Assembly: GCA_012840465.1 (NCBI GenBank)
Contig: DULJ01000061.1
Coordinates: 30,331 to 94,330 of the forward strand
Origin: Bacillales bacterium
GTDB lineage: Bacteria > Bacillota > Bacilli > Bacillales > Bacillaceae_J
Reading direction: 5' to 3'
Length of the DNA stretch: 64,000 nucleotides
The first letter of the stretch is position 1; each line of letters opens with the position of its first letter. The notes beneath the pieces were generated by a model. It was not told the DNA's origin. It did not search any database and worked only from the letters and a program-made list of their open reading frames with translations. The translations under genes were made by a program, and so were the position numbers. Shown one piece after another: positions 8,737 through 18,665 of the stretch.

Positions 8737-8824
8737 TCATTTTTTTAGAAGTGGTCGTTTTTTCGGTCACTCTTTTTTCATAATTTTTAGAGGAATAATG
8801 TGGAATTAATAGCTATAATAAAAG

Positions 8825-9499
8825 TTGAAATTAAAAAAAAATTTAGAGAGGTATAAAATGGGCGAATTTTCATTATCGATTCTTATTGATGTAGTAGGCG
8901 AGTTATTTTCGGATGAAACATCTATTGCAGTCTCAAATGGAGACAAGTATATATATTATCGCCCAAGTAAACGGATCAATCTTAAGATAAAGCCTGGTGA
9001 TCCGGTTAAGGAAGGGACCATTACATATAAAGCGCTGCTGAATGGGCAAAAGGTCTCCGAGTTTATCAGCAGAGATGTATTTGGTGTGCCATACTACGGG
9101 ATGGCTGTTCCTTTTTCAATAGAGGGAAAACAAGGGTGTATAACGGCTATCTTCCCAACCTTATCTAGTGCCACATCTGTTGTCACTGTAAAGATTAATG
9201 AAGGGTGGATTCCGGTCCCTTTTGAAAAAGTAATCTACTTGGAAGCAAAAAATCGCAAAACATATGTAATCACAGAGGAATGCTCTGGAACGCATAAGGA
9301 TTCCCTAAATGAATTTGATTATTACTTGCCGAAGGAAACGTTCATCAGATGCCATCGTTCCTTCATAGTGAACGTAACCCAAATTAAAATGATTCATCCT
9401 GACACACATTCGACCTTTCTGTTAGAAATGAGGGACGGAACCGAAATTCCAGTCAGTCAATCCTATTCTAGTTATTTCAGGAAATTGCTGGGTGTTTAA
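8825..9499 (+). CDS. LytTR-family DNA-binding protein with a non-receiver N-terminal domain
   Basis: C-terminal LytTR signature (VIYLEAKNRKTYVIT ... FIRCHRSFIVN). The N-terminal 110 aa or so lack receiver Asp motifs. The likely start is ATG 8858 (MGEFSL). Confidence 0.75.
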   Translation: MKLKKNLERYKMGEFSLSILIDVVGELFSDETSIAVSNGDKYIYYRPSKRINLKIKPGDPVKEGTITYKALLNGQKVSEFISRDVFGVPYYGMAVPFSIEGKQGCITAIFPTLSSATSVVTVKINEGWIPVPFEKVIYLEAKNRKTYVITEECSGTHKDSLNEFDYYLPKETFIRCHRSFIVNVTQIKMIHPDTHSTFLLEMRDGTEIPVSQSYSSYFRKLLGV

Positions 9500-9626
9500 A
9501 TCCTTCTGTTCCATCCTGATAGTTTCTGGTTTATCAGATTTTTTCGTAATTCTATCCAAAACCCAGCCTGTTTTGACGAATTTCCTGTAAAATATTTATA
9601 AAAATACATCTACAGGGGGAGTAGAA

Positions 9627-11147
9627 GTGGAGAATTTCAAGAATCGCATTCGTAATGAGGAACTTCTTAATCGAGTTGTAACTGCTGAAGAAGCTGCAAG
9701 CTGGATAGAAGATGGAATGTCATTGGGATTTAGTGGATTCACAAGAGCTGGGGATGTTAAAGTTGTACCACGTGCATTAATAAAGCGTGCTGAAACTGAA
9801 TCTTTTAAAGTAAATGTTTATTCAGGAGCTTCTTTGGGGAAAGACACTGATAAATTACTTGCTGAATCTGGAATTCTGAACAAACGTTCACCTTTCCAAG
9901 CCGATCCAACTATGCGTAAAGGTATCAATAACGGAGATTTTTATTTCGTTGACACGCATCTTTCGGAAGTGGCGGAGTTCATTCGTTCAGGCGTAGTCCC
10001 TATTGATTATGCAGTTTTGGAAGCGATTTCGATTACTGAAGACGGAATGATCATTCCAACTACCCAAGTTGGTAATTCAGCCATTTTCGCAGAACATGCT
10101 AAAAATATAATTATTGAAATTAACTTAGCACATCCAGAAACGTTGGAAGGAGTTCACGATATTTATGATACTGGAAAACAGGGTGAGCGCAAGCCCATTC
10201 CATTAATAGCTCCATCTGATCGTATCGGTACAATTGGTATTCCAGTTGATATCAATAAAATTAAAGGAATCGTAATCAGTAATGAGATGGATTCACCATC
10301 CAATATCGTACCGCCAGATGAAGAGACACAAATCATGGCTAACCATTTAATGGAGTTTCTAAGAAATGAAATTAAAGCGGGAAGATTAACTAATAGTCTT
10401 GCACCTTTACAATCAGGAATTGGATCTGTTGCAAACGCAGTCCTTCATGGTTTAGTTGAATCTGAATTTGAAGATTTAGAAGTTTATTCTGAAGTATTAC
10501 AGGATGCCGTTTTTGATCTTCTTGATGCTGGTAAAGTGAAGTTCGCTTCTTGCAGTTCGATTACAATTTCTGAAGAAAAAATGAAAGAAGTGTTCGGAAA
10601 CTTCGAAAAGTATAAAGATCGTTTAATGTTAAGACCGCAAGAAATTTCCAACCATCCTGAATTAATCCGTCGTATGGGCTTAATCTCGATTAATACAGCT
10701 CTTGAAGTTGATATTTATGGAAACGTGAATTCAACACATGTACGCGGAACCCATATGATGAATGGTATTGGTGGTTCTGGAGATTTCGCAAGAAACGCTC
10801 GTTTAGCGATATTTGTAACGAAATCGATTGCGAAAAACGGAGACATTTCTAGTATTGTTCCTTTTGTTTCACACACTGACCATACAGAACATGATGTTGA
10901 TGTTATTGTTACTGAACAAGGATATGCAGACTTACGTGGCTTGGCACCAAGAGAGCGCGTAGAACTATTGATTGAAAATTGTGCACATCCTATGTATCGT
11001 GCTCAATTACGTGATTATTATTACGAAGCACTTACAAAAGGTGGGCAAACTCCACATGTTTTAGAAAAGGCATTTTCTTGGCATACAAACTACGAAAAAA
11101 ATGGCACTATGCTTGAGCCTGTATTGGAACCCACAGTAATTAAATAA
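9627..11147 (+). CDS. Acetyl-CoA hydrolase/transferase family protein (succinyl-CoA:acetate CoA-transferase-like)
   Basis: 506 aa with family motifs (GFSGFT, SEVLQD, NGIGGSGDF, VVTEQG). GTG start behind GGGGGAG. Confidence 0.85.
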   Translation: MENFKNRIRNEELLNRVVTAEEAASWIEDGMSLGFSGFTRAGDVKVVPRALIKRAETESFKVNVYSGASLGKDTDKLLAESGILNKRSPFQADPTMRKGINNGDFYFVDTHLSEVAEFIRSGVVPIDYAVLEAISITEDGMIIPTTQVGNSAIFAEHAKNIIIEINLAHPETLEGVHDIYDTGKQGERKPIPLIAPSDRIGTIGIPVDINKIKGIVISNEMDSPSNIVPPDEETQIMANHLMEFLRNEIKAGRLTNSLAPLQSGIGSVANAVLHGLVESEFEDLEVYSEVLQDAVFDLLDAGKVKFASCSSITISEEKMKEVFGNFEKYKDRLMLRPQEISNHPELIRRMGLISINTALEVDIYGNVNSTHVRGTHMMNGIGGSGDFARNARLAIFVTKSIAKNGDISSIVPFVSHTDHTEHDVDVIVTEQGYADLRGLAPRERVELLIENCAHPMYRAQLRDYYYEALTKGGQTPHVLEKAFSWHTNYEKNGTMLEPVLEPTVIK

Positions 11148-11243
11148 TATAAGATTTTTAAAAAATTAATTTTAATGAAACCTTTCCTTTCTTATTTTCG
11201 TCTATATTAATTGTAGGAAAATATAGGAGGAGGGGTTTTTAAA

Positions 11244-13520
11244 TTGTCTATTAAAAAGGTTGGAGTTATTTACGTCTCATCGGCCCTTGCTTTATCTGCA
11301 TTGCTGCCGATTAACACTGTCCGTGCTGAGGAGATGAAAACCGTTATGGTAACAGAGCAGGGAGCTATTGTGCAGGCCTCGGAAGCTTCCGTCCAAGATG
11401 TTGATAAGGAAAAATTAATCGCAAAGGTAAAAGAATTGTTTCCAAATCAATTTGATATGGTAAGCAGCAGGGATTTCCATGTCAGTTTTAATCCGTCTAG
11501 ACCAGGAATGGGGTTGGAAACGTACGACCTTCATTTTTATAAAGAAATGGGCGCAGGGAAACAAATGAACGGCCATTTCTCATTTGCTGGTAAAGATTTG
11601 TCATTAATTTCTTTCTATTACGATCCTGCCGATAAGAAGGATGCCTTATTCCCAGCAAAGGTAACGAAGGAAGAAGCACAAAAAACAGCAACAAAGTTTT
11701 TAGAAAAAGTAAAGCTTAATGGACAATATCAATTATCAGACGAAAATTTCGACTATTATGCGAATACGAATCGGCCATTAACTGAACCTGTCATGTATCA
11801 TTTTACATATGATAAGCTTGAAAATGGGGTTCCCGTTCAATATAGAAATGCTAATATCACTGTACTTGGAAATGGTGAAGTGACACAGTTTTATATTGGC
11901 TTCTCGACTGAAAATAAGGCCAATTTCGAAAGCAAAAGTAATTTAATTGCAAAGAATGAGGCATTACAAATTCTGAAAGACAACCTACAGCTTGACTTAC
12001 GCTATCTAGTCGATTACGACTATTTAAATGACAAAGCCTCAGTTAAGCTTACCTATGTGCCAGACCCTGCTATCATGGGGATTCATGCAAAAACGAAAGA
12101 TTTCAAAATTGGTGAAAAGTTTTACAAGGATTTACCGAAAAAGCAAGAAATCAAAATGCTGAATAGTCAAAATACTGGAAAGTCAAGCAATGCGCTTACA
12201 AAGGAAGATGCAAAATTATTAGCTGAAAAAATACTTAAGCCTAAGAAGGATAATGTTAGGCTGTCAATTGAAGGAATTGAAGAGACAGAACGTGGTGGAA
12301 TAAAAACGTACAGTATCCACTTTATGTATTATGAAGGCTCAGGTGGATCTGGTTCATCACTTGAGATTAATAAAGAAACAGGTGAGATACTAAATTACTA
12401 TAATCAAAATCGGGACTTTTATTTCATGGACCTACAAGAAATGAAAGATGTGAAGCCGAAGATTACTGAAGAACAGGCTTTAAAGAAAGCAATGGAGTAT
12501 TTGAAGCAGTATGCACCATCTAATCTGAATCAATATGCCTATCCATTAGATGGAACAGGTAGCGGCTACCGGAAAGAAGGGAACGAGTATTACTTCAACT
12601 TTCCGCGCGTCAAAGACGGGATTATCGTAAGTGGCAACGAAATTAGCGTTAGTGTTTCGGCAGAAGATGGAGAGCTTTATTCTTTGAATGTTAATTACAA
12701 TAAAGTGACGGACTGGCCAGATGTAAACAAAGCAATTGACCGCGAAAAAGCATTGAAAGCCATCAAAGGAAATCTCGATCTGAAATTAATGTATACAGCG
12801 AATTCTCCAATTGGCGATGAAGATTATCGTTTAATCTATACGGTTAATCAAAAAGATGATACTACTTATTTCAATGCGATCAGTGGGGCTTGGGAAAAGT
12901 ATTCCTATGCAGGTGAAAACACAGCAAAAGAGAAGCCAACAATCAGCCATTCATGGGCAAGTGACGAATTGAACTTCCTGCTTGATGCCAATATTATCAA
13001 GGTAGAGGACCCTGCTACGTTCAATCCGGATCGCACGGTTTCAAAAGGGGAAGCATTAGAGATTTTATATAAATCGCTCGCTAATTTTTATGATTATCAA
13101 CCGCAGTTTAGAGATATAGGTCAAGATAAGCAGCAAACCTATGAAAATATTAAACCGGACCACCCATTATACAATATTATTGAACGGGCGGCCGAACAAA
13201 AGATTATTGATCCATCGATGAAGACATTTAATACAGAGGAAAAGCTGACAAAAGAAGAATTAGCATATTGGTATACACGTGCTCTTGGTCTACAGGTTGT
13301 GGCTGACCATAAAGATATCTTTGCGATGAACTTTAAAGATACAAAGGAAATGAATGAAAAATATCTAGGTCATATTGCCTTAGCCAACGGTCTTGGTATT
13401 TTTACAAAAGATGCTAACCAACAATTTCAACCGAAAAAAGAAGTTACTTTAGCAGAATTAGCAGTTTCCAATGTTCGTCTAGCGAAAATTGTGGCTGAGA
13501 TGAATGTTAATTTTAGATAA
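11244..13520 (+). CDS. Secreted surface protein with repeated PepSY/YcdB-like modules and C-terminal SLH domains
   Basis: Signal peptide (ALSALLPINTVRAEE). The C-terminus carries SLH-like repeats (SHSWASDELNFLLDANII, FNPDRTVSKGEAL, FQPKKEVTLAELA). Confidence 0.7.
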   Translation: MSIKKVGVIYVSSALALSALLPINTVRAEEMKTVMVTEQGAIVQASEASVQDVDKEKLIAKVKELFPNQFDMVSSRDFHVSFNPSRPGMGLETYDLHFYKEMGAGKQMNGHFSFAGKDLSLISFYYDPADKKDALFPAKVTKEEAQKTATKFLEKVKLNGQYQLSDENFDYYANTNRPLTEPVMYHFTYDKLENGVPVQYRNANITVLGNGEVTQFYIGFSTENKANFESKSNLIAKNEALQILKDNLQLDLRYLVDYDYLNDKASVKLTYVPDPAIMGIHAKTKDFKIGEKFYKDLPKKQEIKMLNSQNTGKSSNALTKEDAKLLAEKILKPKKDNVRLSIEGIEETERGGIKTYSIHFMYYEGSGGSGSSLEINKETGEILNYYNQNRDFYFMDLQEMKDVKPKITEEQALKKAMEYLKQYAPSNLNQYAYPLDGTGSGYRKEGNEYYFNFPRVKDGIIVSGNEISVSVSAEDGELYSLNVNYNKVTDWPDVNKAIDREKALKAIKGNLDLKLMYTANSPIGDEDYRLIYTVNQKDDTTYFNAISGAWEKYSYAGENTAKEKPTISHSWASDELNFLLDANIIKVEDPATFNPDRTVSKGEALEILYKSLANFYDYQPQFRDIGQDKQQTYENIKPDHPLYNIIERAAEQKIIDPSMKTFNTEEKLTKEELAYWYTRALGLQVVADHKDIFAMNFKDTKEMNEKYLGHIALANGLGIFTKDANQQFQPKKEVTLAELAVSNVRLAKIVAEMNVNFR

Positions 13521-13642
13521 AAGTAGAAATAGAAAAGGTGTCAAGGATCTTTTGTCCGAGACACCTTGATTTACTTAATGACACCACTGTATTCTCTAAT
13601 GTAGGAAAATGTAATACAGCTCCTGAAAGGAAGGAATAACAT

Positions 13643-13924
13643 ATGGAAATCACTAGTCATACAGTAGAAAAACTTCAAGATCCAACAGGAATTTTAGCAG
13701 GGGATCGATATGAATTTATTTTACAAATTGAAGTGCCTGAGGATGATGATTTATTTTCTGAAAAGGGTGTATATTTAAAGGCGATTATAGCTGTAGCGGA
13801 GGATGCAGTAAGGGTAGCGCAATATCAATTCTTTGAAAGTGTTACAAATGAATACATAGATCTAGAACTTGAGGATGATGAGAAAGAATTCATTGTTGAT
13901 TACTGTAAGCAGCATATAGAATAA
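13643..13924 (+). CDS. Small acidic hypothetical protein
   Basis: 93-aa ORF with RBS GGAAGGA, followed by a strong hairpin. Confidence 0.5.
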   Translation: MEITSHTVEKLQDPTGILAGDRYEFILQIEVPEDDDLFSEKGVYLKAIIAVAEDAVRVAQYQFFESVTNEYIDLELEDDEKEFIVDYCKQHIE

Positions 13925-13937
13925 TATACATACATAA

Positions 13938-13969
13938 AAGTGGCTTCACGAATAATGGGAAGCCACTTT
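13938..13969. terminator. Bidirectional terminator
   Basis: AAAGTGGCTTC-loop-GAAGCCACTTT between convergent genes. Confidence 0.7.
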
Positions 13970-13975
13970 CTCTAT

Positions 13976-15082
13976 TTATTTATATACTTTTTCAAAAACA
14001 GTGTATTCATTGACTGCATTTATATCAATATCGTAGCCAATTCCCGGACCATCAGGTACAGTAATCATTCCGTTATGAACGGTTACTTCAGGAGTTATGA
14101 TATCCTTTTCCCAATAACGAGAGGATGCGGCTGTATCTCCTGGTAAACTGAAATTAGACAGTGTCGTAAGAGCGACATTGTGGGCACGGCCGACACCGGC
14201 TTCAAGCATGCCACCGCACCATACTCCAATTCCCTTTTCCAAACAAAGATCATGGATCCGCTTTGCCTCCGTTAAACCGCCAACGCGACCGATTTTAATA
14301 TTAATAATCTTACAGCTTCCAAGCTCGATTGCTTTTCTTGCATCATCATAGGAAAGAATGCTTTCATCAAGGCAAATAGGAGTTTTGATTTGCTTTTGCA
14401 AGGCAGCGTGATCAATAATATCATCGGAAGCTAGTGGCTGTTCGATCATCATTAACTTAAATTCATCAAGCGCCTTTAATTGCTCAATATCATCCAAACG
14501 ATAGGCAGAATTGGCATCGGCCATTAACGGCAAGGTTGGAAAATGGTTGCGAATTTCTTTCAAGATTTTACTATCTTTACCTGGTTTAATTTTAACCTTA
14601 ATCCGCTTGTAGCCTTCATTTATGGCTGTTTCGATCAAGCTTATTAAATCCGCAGTGTTTTTTTGAATACCAATGCTTATGCCCACATCGATTTCTTTTT
14701 TAGGACCACCAAGTGCTGTCGCAAGCGGTTGTCCCGAACGCTTGGCATATAAATCCCAGACAGCCCCCTCAATGGCTGCTTTGGCCATATTATTTTTGCG
14801 AATGCTTAGAAACATGTCATTAACAAGATCAGGATGCTCAATGTCTTTATGTAAAATAGCGGGGATAAGAAAGTCCTCTAACACATGCCAATTTGTTTTT
14901 AATGTTTCTTCATTATACCAAGGGGCGGTGAAGGCAACGGATTCACCCCAGCCGCTCACCCCGTTTTCATCTTTTGCCTCTACTAGAATAAATTCCTTAT
15001 CCCGAATGGTTCCAAAGCTTGTTGTAAAATCAAATTTCATATTCATTTTTAGATGGCGTAACACAACTTCTTTTATTAGCAT
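13976..15082 (-). CDS. Enolase-superfamily o-succinylbenzoate synthase / N-succinylamino-acid racemase (MenC family)
   Basis: Full-length MenC/NAAAR-like sequence ([31 protein letters not shown]). Confidence 0.85.
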   Translation of the reverse strand: MLIKEVVLRHLKMNMKFDFTTSFGTIRDKEFILVEAKDENGVSGWGESVAFTAPWYNEETLKTNWHVLEDFLIPAILHKDIEHPDLVNDMFLSIRKNNMAKAAIEGAVWDLYAKRSGQPLATALGGPKKEIDVGISIGIQKNTADLISLIETAINEGYKRIKVKIKPGKDSKILKEIRNHFPTLPLMADANSAYRLDDIEQLKALDEFKLMMIEQPLASDDIIDHAALQKQIKTPICLDESILSYDDARKAIELGSCKIINIKIGRVGGLTEAKRIHDLCLEKGIGVWCGGMLEAGVGRAHNVALTTLSNFSLPGDTAASSRYWEKDIITPEVTVHNGMITVPDGPGIGYDIDINAVNEYTVFEKVYK

Positions 15083-15109
15083 AATATTTCATCCTCACTT
15101 TAAAAATGG

Positions 15110-15967
15110 TTATCCAAAAACACGGGGTTCTTTGATCAAATCTTCCTTAACGAATAGATAATCATTGACGACATTTTCTTTATTTTTATTAACGGCAATA
15201 GCGACATAGCGATTGGAAAATAGGGTTTGAAGGATCTTTCTGCTTTTTAATCTCCAATCCAATGCAAGCTCAAAATCTTCTTTCTTTAGTTGTTGAAAAT
15301 GGGTGGGAACCGGCACAAGAATTTGTTCCAATGTTCGATTTTTTACGATCGTTTCTAGAATAGTAGTAACGTTCATTAATTTAGGTAACCCTTTTTCTGT
15401 TATTTCAATTTGAAATGGAGACTTTTCATTTTGGACTTCGATTTGCTGCTTTCCCCCAATAAACGGGCTATTGAACCACCATTCCACTTTGAATCTGTCA
15501 GATGGAAGACCAGCATTTAAATCATCAACCATGTCACCATAACAGTTCTCAACATAGGTACGGCATATTGCGTGCAGCTTCGATAAATTAAAATAACCAT
15601 TTCTGCTTTCAAGCGGGTCATACGTCCACGTCATCATCGAATAGCCCATTTCAAGCGATTTTTGACATTGCACTTCCTTTAACAGAGCCCCTATCCCTTT
15701 TTCTTGGTGTTCTGGGTGAATCCCAAGAATATGCGAGCATAAATAGGTCTTTCCATTTTTAAAACCGGCAAAGCCGTAACTAAATCCAACCAAAGCCCCA
15801 TTTATATAGGCCCCTAATATTAAACCCCCGTTTTGAATAGAGGTGAACGTTTGGTGAAGGGGAATAGGGGATTCATTCCATATTAGATTTTCAAGTCGTT
15901 GCACATCTAAAAGTTCGGAGTATGTCGTTAACTCTCGGATGTTGATTTGTGATGTATCTGCTGGCAA
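15110..15967 (-). CDS. GNAT-family N-acyltransferase (partner of the racemase)
   Basis: GNAT motif A region ([19 protein letters not shown]). I place the start at TTG 15967, 7 nt after GGGGAGGA. The longer track ORF extends into promoter DNA. Confidence 0.7.
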   Translation of the reverse strand: MPADTSQINIRELTTYSELLDVQRLENLIWNESPIPLHQTFTSIQNGGLILGAYINGALVGFSYGFAGFKNGKTYLCSHILGIHPEHQEKGIGALLKEVQCQKSLEMGYSMMTWTYDPLESRNGYFNLSKLHAICRTYVENCYGDMVDDLNAGLPSDRFKVEWWFNSPFIGGKQQIEVQNEKSPFQIEITEKGLPKLMNVTTILETIVKNRTLEQILVPVPTHFQQLKKEDFELALDWRLKSRKILQTLFSNRYVAIAVNKNKENVVNDYLFVKEDLIKEPRVFG

Positions 15968-16027
15968 TTTATTTTCCTCCCCATTAAAAATTCTTCTTTT
16001 ATTATATATTATAGCAAAAAGGAAAAA

Positions 16028-16168
16028 TTTGATGGAGTATTTGCAGAGCTTCTCCCTGAAGATAAAGTAAATAAGATAAAAGAGTTGAAAAATAATGGAT
16101 TTAATGTTGCAATGGTAGGAGACGGTATACATGATGCCCCAGCTACTGCAATGGCAACTGCAGAATAG
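16028..16168 (+). pseudogene. Remnant of a heavy-metal P1B-type ATPase gene (internal fragment only)
   Basis: Translates to [46 protein letters not shown]-stop. This contains the P-type hinge motif VAMVGDGxNDAPAL and the upstream (E)LLPEDK motif. No start, TM or phosphorylation domains are present. Confidence 0.7.
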
Positions 16169-16193
16169 TATAAAAAGAACAGGAGCTCTTTGA

Positions 16194-16931
16194 ATGGAAC
16201 ATTGCTGTCATCATCACGATGAAAATAAGCAAGATATGAAAAGCCTTTGTATATCAATTGTCCCGATTTTTAATCATTTGCAATATGATGAGATGCTTGA
16301 AATTGTCAAAACAAGCAAAACAAAAACATTTAAAAAAGGCGAAATGGTCTTCAGGGCTGGTGAACCTTCGGAACATTTATATATTGTACACAAAGGACAG
16401 GTGAAAATATATCGCCTGTCCGAATCTGGGAAAGAACAAATAATTAGGATTATGGAGCCCGGCGACTTCATGGGGCAGCTGTCCCTTTTTACTGATGAGT
16501 CATTAACAAGCTATGCTGAGACAATGAAGGATACTGAAATTTGTGCAATTCATAAATCCGAAATGAAAGAGATGTTGTTATCAAATCCATCGATTTCATT
16601 GAAAATTATTGAAGAATTCAGTAGGAGATTAAATGAAACAGAAAAAAATATCGAAAGTATTAGCTCACAGGATTCAGAAAAACGTTTAGCCTCTTACCTA
16701 TTAGAGTTGTCAGCAGCTGATGAGAAAACTGGCTCCAAGTATGAAGCGATTCAAATTACCTTGCCCATGAGTAAAAAAGACTTAGCATCGTATATAGGAA
16801 TGACACGCGAAACGTTAAGCAGACGTTTATCATCCTTCCAAGACCAAGGTCTGATTTCTATGTCCGGTCAGCGCAAGATTACGATTTTGGATGTAGATGG
16901 TCTCAATGAAATTGAGAATGGTGAGAACTAA
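16194..16931 (+). CDS. Crp/Fnr-family transcriptional regulator with N-terminal Cys/His cluster
   Basis: cNMP-binding-like beta-barrel plus C-terminal HTH (SKKDLASYIGMTRETLSRRL). The N-terminus is MEHCCHHHDEN. Confidence 0.85.
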   Translation: MEHCCHHHDENKQDMKSLCISIVPIFNHLQYDEMLEIVKTSKTKTFKKGEMVFRAGEPSEHLYIVHKGQVKIYRLSESGKEQIIRIMEPGDFMGQLSLFTDESLTSYAETMKDTEICAIHKSEMKEMLLSNPSISLKIIEEFSRRLNETEKNIESISSQDSEKRLASYLLELSAADEKTGSKYEAIQITLPMSKKDLASYIGMTRETLSRRLSSFQDQGLISMSGQRKITILDVDGLNEIENGEN

Positions 16932-16972
16932 GGTTAAAATAAATAATAACACTAACATGAAGGAGGATCTAT

Positions 16973-17317
16973 GTGAAACCCATTAACCCTTCGGAAGTAC
17001 AAAACAAACTTGATGAATTCAATAAACAAGATCTTTATTTACATTTAGAAACAACGAATGGTGCCTATGCTTCCCATAAAGACCAATCTGTTATGACAGT
17101 AGGGGCATATATTCGGAACGGTTTAATTCGTTATCAGCATGCCAAAATCACAGGGAACGGACCCTACCGTGTCGGCATGAAAATGGAAAGCGGATGGGTA
17201 TATGCGGAAGGCTTAACCCATTGGGAGGTCGATGAAAAAAATCGTCTCTTATTAGCGGGGCACGATGCTAATGGCAAACTTGCGGTTGCCTGCCAGCTAA
17301 GTAAAGAACCGTTTTAA
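16973..17317 (+). CDS. yojF: YojF-family protein (DUF1806)
   Basis: 114 aa, GTG start behind GAAGGAGG. Lies immediately upstream of a BshB2-like gene, as in B. subtilis yojF-yojG. Confidence 0.65.
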   Translation: MKPINPSEVQNKLDEFNKQDLYLHLETTNGAYASHKDQSVMTVGAYIRNGLIRYQHAKITGNGPYRVGMKMESGWVYAEGLTHWEVDEKNRLLLAGHDANGKLAVACQLSKEPF

Positions 17318-17347
17318 CCAGAATCAGGAGAGGAGTGTGTGTAAATC

Positions 17348-18016
17348 ATGGAAATGGAAAGTCATGTTTTAGTTATTTTTCCACACCCAGATGATGAGGC
17401 ATTTGGGGCATCAGGGACAATCAGCCTACATAGTGGAAAAGGGACGCCAGTTACTTATGCTTGCTGTACTCTTGGTGAAATGGGACGTCATATGGGAAAT
17501 CCGCCGATTGCCAATCGCGAAACACTTCCATTAATTAGAAAAGGCGAGCTTATAAATGCAACTAAAGCCATTGGTATTACCGATTTAAGAATGCTCGGTT
17601 TACGTGATAAAACATTGGAATTCGAGGACATTGATGTGTTGGTCAATCGTTTTCGGGCGATTATCGAGGAAGTAAACCCATCACTCGTCATTTCATTTTA
17701 CCCAGGTTATAGTGTCCATCCTGACCATGATGCTACAGGGGTAGCAGTTGTTCAGGCAATGAAACAAATGCCAAAAGAAACCCGCCCAAAATTACAATGC
17801 ATGGCATTTTCGAATGACTGCTTTGAAAAATTAGGAGAACCTGATTTAGTTGTCGATATCACTTCTGTTCAAGATAAAAAGATTGCCTGCATTCTGTCTC
17901 ACGAAACGCAAACAAGTGCAGTAATGGATAATTTATCTGAAAAACTATTGAACAAGGACCCAGATGCATTAGCATGGGTCAGCACGGAACGCTTTTGGAC
18001 GTATAAGTTTGATTAA
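17348..18016 (+). CDS. bshB2: LmbE-family deacetylase, bacillithiol biosynthesis BshB2-like
   Basis: FPHPDDEAFG metal-binding motif and HPDH motif. Synteny with yojF. Confidence 0.8.
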   Translation: MEMESHVLVIFPHPDDEAFGASGTISLHSGKGTPVTYACCTLGEMGRHMGNPPIANRETLPLIRKGELINATKAIGITDLRMLGLRDKTLEFEDIDVLVNRFRAIIEEVNPSLVISFYPGYSVHPDHDATGVAVVQAMKQMPKETRPKLQCMAFSNDCFEKLGEPDLVVDITSVQDKKIACILSHETQTSAVMDNLSEKLLNKDPDALAWVSTERFWTYKFD

Positions 18017-18046
18017 GAGGGTTTAATTTAATAAATTTGCTAAAAT

Positions 18047-18095
18047 AAAAGCTGGGATGAATTAGTAAAATGATTCCATCCCAGCTTCTTTTTTA
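18047..18095. terminator. Bidirectional rho-independent terminator
   Basis: AAAGCTGGGATGAA-loop-TTCCATCCCAGCTT followed by CTTTTTT. Confidence 0.75.
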
Positions 18096-18107
18096 TTCAT
18101 TTTCATT

Positions 18108-18431
18108 CTATTTTCGTTGTTCGATCTGCCACTTTGTGAATTCTAAAAACTCACGAAATTGTTCTTTACTTACTCCAGATTCTGCTGCTTCCTTTGCAAG
18201 TTTAATCCATTCCGGATCTAATGAATCTTCATCGACTTCAGCATTTAAAAGTGATTGAACACTAATATCCAAAACTGCTGCGATTTTTTCTAAAAAATGT
18301 ACAGAGGGATTTGATTGAATATCCCGCTCAATCGAACTTAAATAGGATTTTGCAATACCTGCCTTTGCAGCCAAATCTGATAGTGAGAGCCCCTTCTCTT
18401 TTCTAATTGTTTGGATACGTTTCCCTATCAT
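18108..18431 (-). CDS. sinR: SinR, master biofilm repressor (XRE HTH + Sin multimerisation domain)
   Basis: Colinear with my recollection of B. subtilis SinR (MIGxRI..RKEKG.SLS.LA.KAG.AKSYLSSIER..Q.NPS..FLEK..AVLD.SV..LL ... EW..L...A..SGVSK.QFREFL...KW). Confidence 0.85.
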   Translation of the reverse strand: MIGKRIQTIRKEKGLSLSDLAAKAGIAKSYLSSIERDIQSNPSVHFLEKIAAVLDISVQSLLNAEVDEDSLDPEWIKLAKEAAESGVSKEQFREFLEFTKWQIEQRK

Positions 18432-18509
18432 TTATATCTCCCTAACCGTATGATTTATAATAGTATATTATCATAAATGTTTATTATTAGAAAGGCTCAT
18501 ATCCCACAT

Positions 18510-18665
18510 TTAATTCACGTTACTATTAGTTCTTAAAAATATCCTTATGTCCTCAACCGATAGTCCTAGTGATTTTGCATCTAAAAGCAATTGTAACCAC
18601 TCTAAATCTACTGTGGGTGGTTGAATATTTTGAGTCTGAGACGACTGTGCACTTTGAGTATCCAT
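18510..18665 (-). CDS. sinI: SinI-like SinR antagonist (51 aa, not in the ORF track)
   Basis: The minus-strand ORF encodes MDTQSAQSSQTQNIQPPTVDLEWLQLLLDAKSLGLSVEDIRIFLRTNSNVN. RBS GGGGGG lies 4 nt upstream. The Sin-domain helix-hairpin pattern LD.EW..L...AK..G.S.E.IR.FL is present, and the gene is directly upstream of sinR. Confidence 0.7.
   Translation of the reverse strand: MDTQSAQSSQTQNIQPPTVDLEWLQLLLDAKSLGLSVEDIRIFLRTNSNVN

Noticed and set aside
15968-16257. Longer start of the GNAT ORF (15110..16132) and the minus-strand ORF 16009..16257.
   Set aside because: GGGGAGGA plus TTG at 15967 gives a normal GNAT N-terminus. The extension is low-complexity Phe/Ile/Tyr-rich sequence over a TATAAT promoter. 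The 16009 ORF is antisense to the P-type ATPase remnant.
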